From NCBI GenBank assembly GCA_964646725.1, contig CAZYFX010000001.1, positions 1 through 45,365 of the forward strand: 45,365 nucleotides of DNA, written 5' to 3'. Both the position numbers and the translations under genes were made by a program. The notes beneath the pieces were generated by a model. That model searched no databases and had not been told where the DNA came from. It saw nothing but the letters and a program-made list of their open reading frames with translations. The DNA comes from an uncultured Oscillospiraceae bacterium. GTDB taxonomy: Bacteria; Bacillota; Clostridia; Oscillospirales; CAG-382. Each line of letters opens with the position of its first letter. Within the stretch, counting starts at the first letter, position 1. Below are positions 1-7,559 of the stretch, in pieces.

Positions 1-912
1 GAAATGCGCAAGGCCTTTACCAACGAACCCGAAGCGCACACCGACGTTCGTCCCGACGCGCATCAGTTGGATCGTTTGGGCTACCTCTATCCCAAGGGAC
101 GTTCGCTCATTCGCTGTGAGCAGTATCTCGAAAAGGTGCTTCCCAAGGAACCGGTCGAGGCTCTGCCGCTCGACGTTTCCTATTGGTTACCTCAAAACGG
201 TCTTGTCACGGAAAACCGCGACGGCAAGCTGTGCGGAAGCTCCGACTTCTTCGACCCGCAGATCCTGCACAACGGTTTAAGTGTCGATACGGAAAAGGTG
301 CTCGGACTGCATCTGCGTCTTAAAGCCGCGTCGCTCACGGGCGGCGGTGCCAATATCGGCGTGTTCTTCACCACCGAAGCAGACGGCGCATGGTCGGAAT
401 CCAAAAGTGCCCATCTCTTCCTTAAGCCCGACGAAATGACCGACTGCTATTTCGATCTTTCCAAGTGCCCGACCTGGAACGGAACGGTCACGGGACTGCG
501 CATCGACCCGACCGACACGGCCGGCCGCTTCGAGCTCGAATGCATCGAATGGACGACCGACACCACGTCCGTCATCCTCACCGTGGACGGAGAGAAGCAT
601 GAAACCTCCGTGCCGGTGCGCGTGACCGACAAGGGCGTATTCATTCCGTTTGAGCAAAACAAGCCGTATACGGCGTTAAAATTCTATCACGAATGGTATC
701 GCGACGAACGCACGCTGTATTTACTGCACGGCAACACCGAAATGTACTTTACCGAGGGTAAGGACACCGTGCTCGTGAACGGCAAAAAGCGCAAGCTCCC
801 CGAGCCGCTCACCTTCTGCGACGGACTGCCGATGTTGAGCCTGGATGTGCTGTGCGATATCTGCGGCTTCTCCTACACCGTAGACGGACGAAATGTCCGC
901 ATTTTATCCTAA
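1..912 (+). CDS. C-terminal ~300 aa of a GH99/WbsX-like paralogue (5' end lies outside the window), ending in a copper-amine-oxidase-N-like stalk domain
   Basis: Frame 1 is open from nt 1, so the listed ATG at 4 is probably internal. AFTNEPEAHTDVRPDAHQLDRLGYLYP and the C-terminal FCDGLPMLSLDVLCDICGF align with VYTKEKPHKDDVPTKNQLSRLSYLYP and CCDGLPMLPLEVMSRVFGF of the 27195..30137 protein. The motif TGLRIDP is shared. Confidence 0.6.
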   Translation, partial: EMRKAFTNEPEAHTDVRPDAHQLDRLGYLYPKGRSLIRCEQYLEKVLPKEPVEALPLDVSYWLPQNGLVTENRDGKLCGSSDFFDPQILHNGLSVDTEKVLGLHLRLKAASLTGGGANIGVFFTTEADGAWSESKSAHLFLKPDEMTDCYFDLSKCPTWNGTVTGLRIDPTDTAGRFELECIEWTTDTTSVILTVDGEKHETSVPVRVTDKGVFIPFEQNKPYTALKFYHEWYRDERTLYLLHGNTEMYFTEGKDTVLVNGKKRKLPEPLTFCDGLPMLSLDVLCDICGFSYTVDGRNVRILS

Positions 913-936
913 TAAATCCGACTTTCGTCTGCATGG

Positions 937-981
937 AAAAGAGAGGGCACCCTCGATGGGTACACCCTCTCTTTTTGCGTT
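937..981. terminator. Bidirectional intrinsic terminator between convergent genes
   Basis: AAAAGAGAGGG (937-947) pairs with CCCTCTCTTTT (965-975), with an inner ACCC/GGGT stem. An A-run lies upstream and a T-rich tail downstream. Confidence 0.65.
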
Positions 982-984
982 TTC

Positions 985-2490
985 TTACCGACCGAGCGCC
1001 AGATGTACGCTTTCGCCCGTCAAGCGAAATGCATTTTCGTCCGCTTCGATTTTTCCTTCGACCGCTACGCCGTAGGAAAAGCCGTTGTGCGTGAAACGCA
1101 CCGTCTGTCCGTCAAGTACATGTTCGGTGTGCGTTCCAAAGCGCCAAACAAGCGACGCGCCGTCTAAGGTAATGCCGTTTTCATCCATGCGGATATGCAC
1201 GGTCTTTCCGTCCGCCCGATTCGCCTCAACGTTCAACACACCGTTTTCACCGCTCGAAACGCTTACAAAACGATAGCCTCCCTCGAAATCCAGTCCCGCT
1301 TCATGCGAATCCTTTTCCGCGCTCCAGAGACGTTCGTCCACCACGGGAAGATTGTCGTAGGTGGCCTCCCATTGTAAACACGGAGCATCCAAATACCGTT
1401 CGCGGTAGGCTTCGTCGAATTTTTGGATGTCGCGGAAATACAGAAAATCGTTGTCGAAAAAAACGTTCGCACGGTAGTTTTTACAGGTGTACCAGAACGA
1501 ACGGTAGGGAGACGCGGCATCGGAGCCTTCCGTAGCGCACAGCGCGGCGGGCGGTGTTTCGGCATACGTTTCGGAAAAACGGCGGCCGGCTTCGGCAAGC
1601 TTGACGACCTCGATCTTGCCCGCGTCCGCATACTTTTTCACAAGCTCCATCTGCATGGGAAGCCCCTTGCCGATGCTGTCCCAGCCGAAGCTGTTTTCCT
1701 GACCGATCTGCGTAAAGGCAAGCCCCAGATTTTCGTTGTCGAAATAGGTCTTAAAGAACCACTCCATGTGCTTCCTATCCTGTCCGCCGGCCCAGGCGGG
1801 CTCCATGGTCGCGCAGCCCGAGTGTTCAAACGCCTTGGAATAGCGTTTTTCGTTGTAGCCGCGAATGGGGTCGATGCCGAGCAGACGAAAGACCGGTGCG
1901 TCCAACTGATTATCGGGCGTTTGCGCCGGGCAGAGGATGTTGTTGATCGACGGATAGTAGGGCTGATTGTACGGGCCGCCCCACAGCGTATACGCGTCCA
2001 CCGACAGCTGTTCGCGGCAGATGGCAAAGGAGACAACGCCGTATCGTTTGCGCATGTAGCGCACCGAATCGATGTCAAGAAGCCATGAGCCGACGCTTGC
2101 CGGGTATGTGCCGAAAATCTCGCGGAATTTCTGCATCAGTTCGTCGATGATGCGTGTCTTTTCCTCATAGGTGTACGCAGGCAAAAAGCCGGGATCGACA
2201 TACCAGTCCCAATCGTAGCCCGGGCGGCCGCGCCACTCAATGCCGACCGCCTCGACAAGCGGACGCACGACCTCGATCCACACGCCGAGCTCCATGTGCT
2301 CGTCGCGCTCCGCCAAAAACAGATCGCGGAAGCGCGCGTCGATCATGGCGTCGTATTGCAGAAGAAAGGTATTGTCGAAGCCGTATTTTTTATTCAATTC
2401 GATCTCGCGCACGACCGGTGTCACAAGATCAAGCTTCGGGTCGCGCGGTTCCACGCCGCGCACAAAATTCATGACGGTAACCAGATTCAT
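985..2490 (-). CDS. Conserved hypothetical carbohydrate-processing protein (from memory, resembles the DUF3863 family)
   Basis: 501-aa ORF with AAGGAGA RBS 7 nt upstream of the ATG. No signal peptide. N-terminal MNLVTVMNFVRG...FLLQYDAM and the WGGPYNQPYYPS region recall a polysaccharide-processing TIM/deacetylase-like family. The family name is recollection only. Confidence 0.6.
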   Translation of the reverse strand: MNLVTVMNFVRGVEPRDPKLDLVTPVVREIELNKKYGFDNTFLLQYDAMIDARFRDLFLAERDEHMELGVWIEVVRPLVEAVGIEWRGRPGYDWDWYVDPGFLPAYTYEEKTRIIDELMQKFREIFGTYPASVGSWLLDIDSVRYMRKRYGVVSFAICREQLSVDAYTLWGGPYNQPYYPSINNILCPAQTPDNQLDAPVFRLLGIDPIRGYNEKRYSKAFEHSGCATMEPAWAGGQDRKHMEWFFKTYFDNENLGLAFTQIGQENSFGWDSIGKGLPMQMELVKKYADAGKIEVVKLAEAGRRFSETYAETPPAALCATEGSDAASPYRSFWYTCKNYRANVFFDNDFLYFRDIQKFDEAYRERYLDAPCLQWEATYDNLPVVDERLWSAEKDSHEAGLDFEGGYRFVSVSSGENGVLNVEANRADGKTVHIRMDENGITLDGASLVWRFGTHTEHVLDGQTVRFTHNGFSYGVAVEGKIEADENAFRLTGESVHLALGR

Positions 2491-2778
2491 GAAAACATCT
2501 CCTTTTCACATCGAAATCTCGGAAAAACGATTATCGGGTACAGTATAGCACACAATGCGGGCAAATGCAAGAGAAAAATGTATATTTTGCAAAAAAATGC
2601 AAAGTCTGTGAGCGCTCTATGCAGAACGGCCGCTCTTTGCTCCGAGGAAGCGGAAAATATCGACGGCCGAAAAATTGTTTTGCATAGCAGATACTGTCAA
2701 AAATGCATAAACCGACGGTGCTTTTTTCGTTAAAATGTAAAAAATATCCGTTTTGACGAAGGAATTTCGAAAGAGCTC

Positions 2779-2807
2779 TTGACAGATTCTTTTCTTCCTA
2801 TTATAAT
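2779..2807 (+). promoter_or_regulatory. Consensus sigma-A promoter of the TAXI-TRAP operon
   Basis: TTGACA (2779-2784), 17-nt spacer, TATAAT (2802-2807). The implied transcription start near 2814 excludes the listed ATG at 2813. Confidence 0.65.
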
Positions 2808-2866
2808 AGAAAATGAATTTATCTGTTTTGAAAAATTCAAAATACACATTTACGGAGGAAACCACC

Positions 2867-3868
2867 ATGAAAAAGGGCTTAGCCTTATTGCTCGCCGCCG
2901 CTTTGGCCGGCACCGCACTTCTCTCGTCCTGCGGAAAGGACACCAAGGACACCGATAACAACGACCCCAACGCCGTCGCATCCAAAATCGTTTTGGCTAC
3001 CGGCGGAAACACGGGTACCTACTATGCCTACGGCATGGCCATGGGCAAAATCCTTCAGGATCACACCGGTATCAAGTTCGACGTTCAGTCCACCGGCGCA
3101 TCCAAGGCCAACATTCAGCTTATTCAGACCGGAGAAGCCGACATGGCCGTTGTTCAGAACGACGTTATGTACTACGCCTACACCGGTACCGACCTGTTTG
3201 AGGGCGCACAGACGCAAGACTTCTCGGCTCTCGCCATCCTGTATCCGGAAATTTGCCAGATCATCGCTTCCAAGGACAGCGGCATCACGTCGGTGGCCGA
3301 TATGAAGGGCAAGCGCATTTCGGTCGGTGACGCGGGCAGCGGCGTTGAATTTAACGCCAAGCAGATTCTGGCCGCCTACGGTATCGATATGAACAAGGAC
3401 ATCGACAAGCAGAACCTCGGCTTCGGCCCGTCCGCCGACGCGCTCAAGGACGAAAAGATCGACGCTTTCTTCTGCGTGGCCGGTATCCCCACAACCGCCG
3501 TCACCGAGCTTGCCATGAGCAACGATATCACCGTTGTGCCGGTCGATGACGAAAAGTTTGCCGAGCTCTCTGCCGAATACGGCTTCTATACCCGTCAGAG
3601 CATCCCCGCTTCGACCTACGGCGGCATGACCGAGGACGTTCCGGCCGTGGCGGTTATGGCTACCTATATCATCGACAACGATGTTTCCGAAGAAACCGCT
3701 TATCAGATCACCAAGAACATCTTCGAAAACAAGGAAGAAATCGCTACCGCCTATGCCAAGGGTTCCGAGCTCGATGTGAACAAGGCGATCGACGGTATTC
3801 CATCCGAAGTACCGCTTCATCCGGGTGCCGCGAGATACTATAAGGAAATCGGTGTTTTAGCCGAATAA
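2867..3868 (+). CDS. TRAP transporter solute receptor, TAXI family (lipoprotein)
   Basis: GGAGGA RBS at 2854-2859. Lipoprotein signal MKKGLALLLAAALAGTALLSSCGK. TAXI hallmark LATGGNTGTYYAYG...STGASKANIQLIQTGEADMAVVQNDVMYYAY. Confidence 0.9.
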   Translation: MKKGLALLLAAALAGTALLSSCGKDTKDTDNNDPNAVASKIVLATGGNTGTYYAYGMAMGKILQDHTGIKFDVQSTGASKANIQLIQTGEADMAVVQNDVMYYAYTGTDLFEGAQTQDFSALAILYPEICQIIASKDSGITSVADMKGKRISVGDAGSGVEFNAKQILAAYGIDMNKDIDKQNLGFGPSADALKDEKIDAFFCVAGIPTTAVTELAMSNDITVVPVDDEKFAELSAEYGFYTRQSIPASTYGGMTEDVPAVAVMATYIIDNDVSEETAYQITKNIFENKEEIATAYAKGSELDVNKAIDGIPSEVPLHPGAARYYKEIGVLAE

Positions 3869-3871
3869 TCC

Positions 3872-4342
3872 ATGAAAAAAACGGCCGTCGCAGCCGCATG
3901 CATTCTTGCGGCTGCGGCTTTTCTGTGCATTTTCCGCTTGTTCTTCCCCCGACAGACGCTCGTGCTATACAACACGGAGACGGGTGACGTGATACGCACC
4001 TTTTCCGTATCGGAGGGAAGCGAGTTTTCGGTAAGCTTCGTCCATTCCGTCAATCTCAGTCCGGTGACCGACGTGTTCGTTGTGAGAGACGGACGGCTGT
4101 ATGCCGACCGCACGATCTATTCCGCTTTCGGCGCGGGTGTCCAGTCTACACTTGAGCCGGGGCAGACACTTTCCTACGACGAAAACGGAAACATGGTCGT
4201 ATCCGGTTTCAACACGGTGTTTCCCGAAATCAAATATATCGTGGGAACCGTATATGATCATGTTCTTGTGATCGGGGAGGAGACGTTAAGTCTTACCGAG
4301 CTGTGCGGAAAAAACGCACATATCGCATTCAAACTCAAATAA
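3872..4342 (+). CDS. DUF1850 domain protein (small membrane-tethered protein typical of TAXI-TRAP loci)
   Basis: Starts 3 nt after the receptor stop codon. One N-terminal TM helix. Its position between the TAXI receptor and the fused permease is the classic DUF1850 context. Confidence 0.75.
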   Translation: MKKTAVAAACILAAAAFLCIFRLFFPRQTLVLYNTETGDVIRTFSVSEGSEFSVSFVHSVNLSPVTDVFVVRDGRLYADRTIYSAFGAGVQSTLEPGQTLSYDENGNMVVSGFNTVFPEIKYIVGTVYDHVLVIGEETLSLTELCGKNAHIAFKLK

Positions 4343-4369
4343 CGCACTACTTTTTAAGGAGGAATCCCC

Positions 4370-6505
4370 TTGGCAGACAACAAAACTGCCTCGTCGGTGG
4401 CCGGTGCTCAAATGGGCGCGGGACTCGACGCGGAAGTCAACACCAAAAGCGCCGATGAATTGATGGCGGAGTTTGACCGCGAATCCAACACGCGGCACTT
4501 TACCGGCGTTTTCGGCCTTATCATCAAAATCGCTTTTCTGGCGTTTGCCGCCTTTGCGTTCGGCACGCGCTTCTTCACCCTGCCCGAGCAGGTTCGTATG
4601 ACCGCCTTTTTGGGCATCATCATTTTTTTGGGCTTTTTGATCTATCCGGCTTACAAAAAGCAGTCGCAGCGGATCAACTACATTCCGTGGTATGATTTTC
4701 TTTTCGCCGTAGCCGGATCGGTTCCGTATTTCTACTACGCTTTCAATTTCGAAGCCATCACCCATCGCGCCGTGGCGATCAATATGACCGATAAGATCAT
4801 GGCGATACTCGGCATTCTGTTTTTGTTCGAGCTGTGCCGCAGAGCGGTCGGTGTGCCGATCCTCTTTGTGGCGGGCGGCTTTATTGCGTATGCCTTTATC
4901 TACGGAAAATCCTTAAACTCGGTTCTGTACAATCTGTTCTACACCACCAACGGCATTCCCGGAACGCCGCTCAATGTTTGCTCGACCTTCATTGTGTTCT
5001 TCATCATTCTGGGCGCGTTTTTGGAAAAGACCGGTATCGGCGGCTTCTTTGTAGACCTTGCCAACTCGGTCGCAGGATACGCTTCGGGCGGTCCCGCCAA
5101 GGTGGCAGTCATCTCTTCGGCACTTGAGGGCATGTATTCCGGAAGCTCCGTGGCTAATACCGTCGGAAGCGGAAGCGTGACCATCCCGGTCATGAAGAGC
5201 ATCGGCTACAAGCCGGAGTTTGCCGCAGCCGTTGAGGCGGCTGCTTCGACGGGCGGTCAGATCATGCCGCCGATCATGGGCGCGGCTGCGTTCTTAATGG
5301 CAGAGCTTACGAACATTCCGTACGCCACCATTGCCGTGGCGGCCATCCTGCCGGCTGTTTTGTACTTCACGGGCATTTTCATGATGATCCATTTCGAAGC
5401 GAAGAAATTGGGGCTTAAAGGACTTCCCAAGGAGAGCATTCCGAATTTCTTCAAGCTCCTTGTCAGCAAGGGCTATCTGTTCTTGCCAATCGTCGTGCTT
5501 GTCGTGCTCATGTCCTTCAACCGCACACCGGCGCAGTCGGCCTGCATGGCGATCTTGACCACCATGCTTCTTATGCTGGTGACGGACATCGTTAAGATGC
5601 TTAAAAATCTGAACACGGCGAACAAGATCGATTTGGTGCTTTCGCTGATTCCGATCGTCGCGTTTGTGCTCTGCATGTTCGGTTTCAAGCTTAAAATGGA
5701 AAACGCCGCGATTTTGGCCGGTCTTGTCTACATCGTTGTCTCCTTCTTCGGCAAGGAAACACGCGAATCCGGCAAGATTTCGTTGGAGGCGTTGGAGACC
5801 GGTATGCGCAACACCATGGGCGTTTCGCTTGCCTGCGGTTTGGCCGGTATCGTGGCCGGCGTCGTGACCATGACCAGTCTCGGTTCCACGCTCATCAGCG
5901 TCATTGTTCCGATCGCTCAAAACAATCTGTTCCTCGCACTGTTCTTGACCATGGTGACCTGCATCGTTCTCGGTATGGGCGTTCCGACCACAGCCAACTA
6001 TCTGATCATGGCAACCATCACCGCTCCGATCTTGATCAAAATGGGACTTCCGACGCTGGCGGCGCACATGTTCGTGTTCTATTTCGGTATCGTAGCCGAT
6101 ATCACGCCGCCGGTCGCTTTGGCGGCCTATGCGGGAAGTGCCATTGCGCATTCCAATCCGTTCAAGACGGGCGTGACGGCGACACGTCTTGCCATTACGG
6201 CCTTTATCATCCCGTATATTTTCGCATACAATCCCAAAATGCTGTTTATTAACGCAACGCCTGTGGATATCGTTCTCATCGTCATCACTTCTTTTGTCGG
6301 AGTGTTTGCGTTGTCGGCGGGCTTGGAGGGCTATATGTTCCGCAAGCTTCGCTTCTATGAGATCATTCCGCTCATTATCGGCGGACTTCTTATGATCTAT
6401 CCGGGCGCGGTTTCCGACATCATCGGCGTTCTGCTTGTGGCGGCGGTAACCGGCTTGCAGATTTACCTGACCCGCAAGGATAAAGAGCTTGCCTTAAAGG
6501 AATAA
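4370..6505 (+). CDS. TRAP transporter fused (small+large) permease, TAXI type
   Basis: TTG start with AAGGAGG RBS at 4357-4363. 711 aa, highly hydrophobic with many predicted TM segments. Follows the receptor and DUF1850 genes. Confidence 0.9.
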   Translation: MADNKTASSVAGAQMGAGLDAEVNTKSADELMAEFDRESNTRHFTGVFGLIIKIAFLAFAAFAFGTRFFTLPEQVRMTAFLGIIIFLGFLIYPAYKKQSQRINYIPWYDFLFAVAGSVPYFYYAFNFEAITHRAVAINMTDKIMAILGILFLFELCRRAVGVPILFVAGGFIAYAFIYGKSLNSVLYNLFYTTNGIPGTPLNVCSTFIVFFIILGAFLEKTGIGGFFVDLANSVAGYASGGPAKVAVISSALEGMYSGSSVANTVGSGSVTIPVMKSIGYKPEFAAAVEAAASTGGQIMPPIMGAAAFLMAELTNIPYATIAVAAILPAVLYFTGIFMMIHFEAKKLGLKGLPKESIPNFFKLLVSKGYLFLPIVVLVVLMSFNRTPAQSACMAILTTMLLMLVTDIVKMLKNLNTANKIDLVLSLIPIVAFVLCMFGFKLKMENAAILAGLVYIVVSFFGKETRESGKISLEALETGMRNTMGVSLACGLAGIVAGVVTMTSLGSTLISVIVPIAQNNLFLALFLTMVTCIVLGMGVPTTANYLIMATITAPILIKMGLPTLAAHMFVFYFGIVADITPPVALAAYAGSAIAHSNPFKTGVTATRLAITAFIIPYIFAYNPKMLFINATPVDIVLIVITSFVGVFALSAGLEGYMFRKLRFYEIIPLIIGGLLMIYPGAVSDIIGVLLVAAVTGLQIYLTRKDKELALKE

Positions 6506-6536
6506 TCGAACCTACAGGACAAAAAGTAAGAGTTAA

Positions 6537-6583
6537 AAGCCCCGAAAGAAACGCCGATTCGCGTCTCTTTCGGGGCTTTTTGT
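6537..6583. terminator. Intrinsic terminator (usable from both strands)
   Basis: GCCCCGAAAGA / TCTTTCGGGGC stem followed by TTTTTG. An A-run precedes the stem. Confidence 0.75.
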
Positions 6584-6661
6584 TTGTATTTGCGATTTGC
6601 GCAAATTATATACGTCCCAAAGTCGTGTTGCACATGAAAAATACAAGCTGTAAGTATTCGC

Positions 6662-7285
6662 CTAACAATTGTTTTTTATACATTCCGTAAAGCTGTGCAT
6701 TAACTCAAATCCCAGTCCCTTGACCGTACCGACTTTTTCGGTGCCCAGCATTGCTTTGTTTCGTATCACATCCGAAGGCACTTTTTCGTCTTTGTTAAGC
6801 ATACAGTAATAATATTTATCCTCGGAATCTCCCAAAACAATGCCGATGATTCTTGCCGTATACATTTCGTTGGCAATCGGCATAAAGCAAAGAGCGATTT
6901 TTTCTCCGGACGGCAAACTCATAATATCCGCATTCCAAGTTCCCGGATTCGTGTCGTTTCGTTTCTTATCCACCATGGACTCGGAAAAACCGACAATTTG
7001 CGGTTGATTACAAAACGTAACATATGCATTTGCAAAAAAGCTCTTTAAAGCCATCGCATTGTTTGAATGAACAATATTCGCAAATTGAGCATGATTTTGA
7101 CGACTGATATCAAATACCGCACCCGAAGCAAAATGCTCTGACGGAGTTTTTTGCTTCATATTCTGCATGATCGCTTTTATAATTTCTTCTTTTGACATAG
7201 TTGCATTGATATCTGCCGACATCGTTGAATGAACATCCGCAGCGGGAGCTGTTTTTTTCTTCTTAAAAAAATCAAATAAACCCAT
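6662..7285 (-). CDS. Orphan hypothetical protein (207 aa), AT-rich gene
   Basis: GGAGGGG RBS 6 nt upstream of the ATG at 7285 (MGLFDFFKKKK...). No signal peptide, no TM segment and no motif I recognise. G+C is clearly below that of its neighbours. Confidence 0.6.
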   Translation of the reverse strand: MGLFDFFKKKKTAPAADVHSTMSADINATMSKEEIIKAIMQNMKQKTPSEHFASGAVFDISRQNHAQFANIVHSNNAMALKSFFANAYVTFCNQPQIVGFSESMVDKKRNDTNPGTWNADIMSLPSGEKIALCFMPIANEMYTARIIGIVLGDSEDKYYYCMLNKDEKVPSDVIRNKAMLGTEKVGTVKGLGFELMHSFTECIKNNC

Positions 7286-7437
7286 ATTTTCCCCTCCGAA
7301 AATTAAGATACATATATTATACAACATATATCATCATTTGTCAGCAGATTGCACCTATAAAATCCCGATAACAGCAAACTTTTTCACAAAAGCATACAAA
7401 ATCCTATTTATGTGAAAAGATACGCACAAAAAAGTCT

Positions 7438-7500
7438 CGGAAACAAAGAAAACGGAGCTGCGACAAAACGACAAATTCGGTCGTGATGCCTGCAGCTCCG
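7438..7500 (-). terminator. Intrinsic terminator of the cohesin operon
   Basis: On the minus strand, CGGAGCTGC...GCAGCTCCG (7453-7500) forms a compound hairpin with an inner ACGAC/GTCGT stem, followed by TTTTCTTTGTTT. Confidence 0.6.
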
Positions 7501-7559
7501 ATGTGCGTTACGAGACGATCGAAGCATCTTGATCATGAATCAATCATCCCGATTGATTC

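Noticed and set aside
2885-3820. 311-aa minus-strand ORF, with similar long antisense ORFs at 5294-6151, 18038-19045, 22537-23526, 24193-24942, 25723-27014 and 39860-40672
   Set aside because: Each lies opposite a gene with strong motif support (TAXI receptor, TRAP permease, pfkA, the SLH/DUF4430 protein, RraA-like). They are open only because of GC-rich codon bias.
7537-7559. Hairpin GAATCAATC/GATTGATTC immediately after the giant gene's stop codon, considered as a terminator
   Set aside because: No U-tract follows it on the minus strand. The compound hairpin with a U-tract at 7438-7500 is the better terminator.
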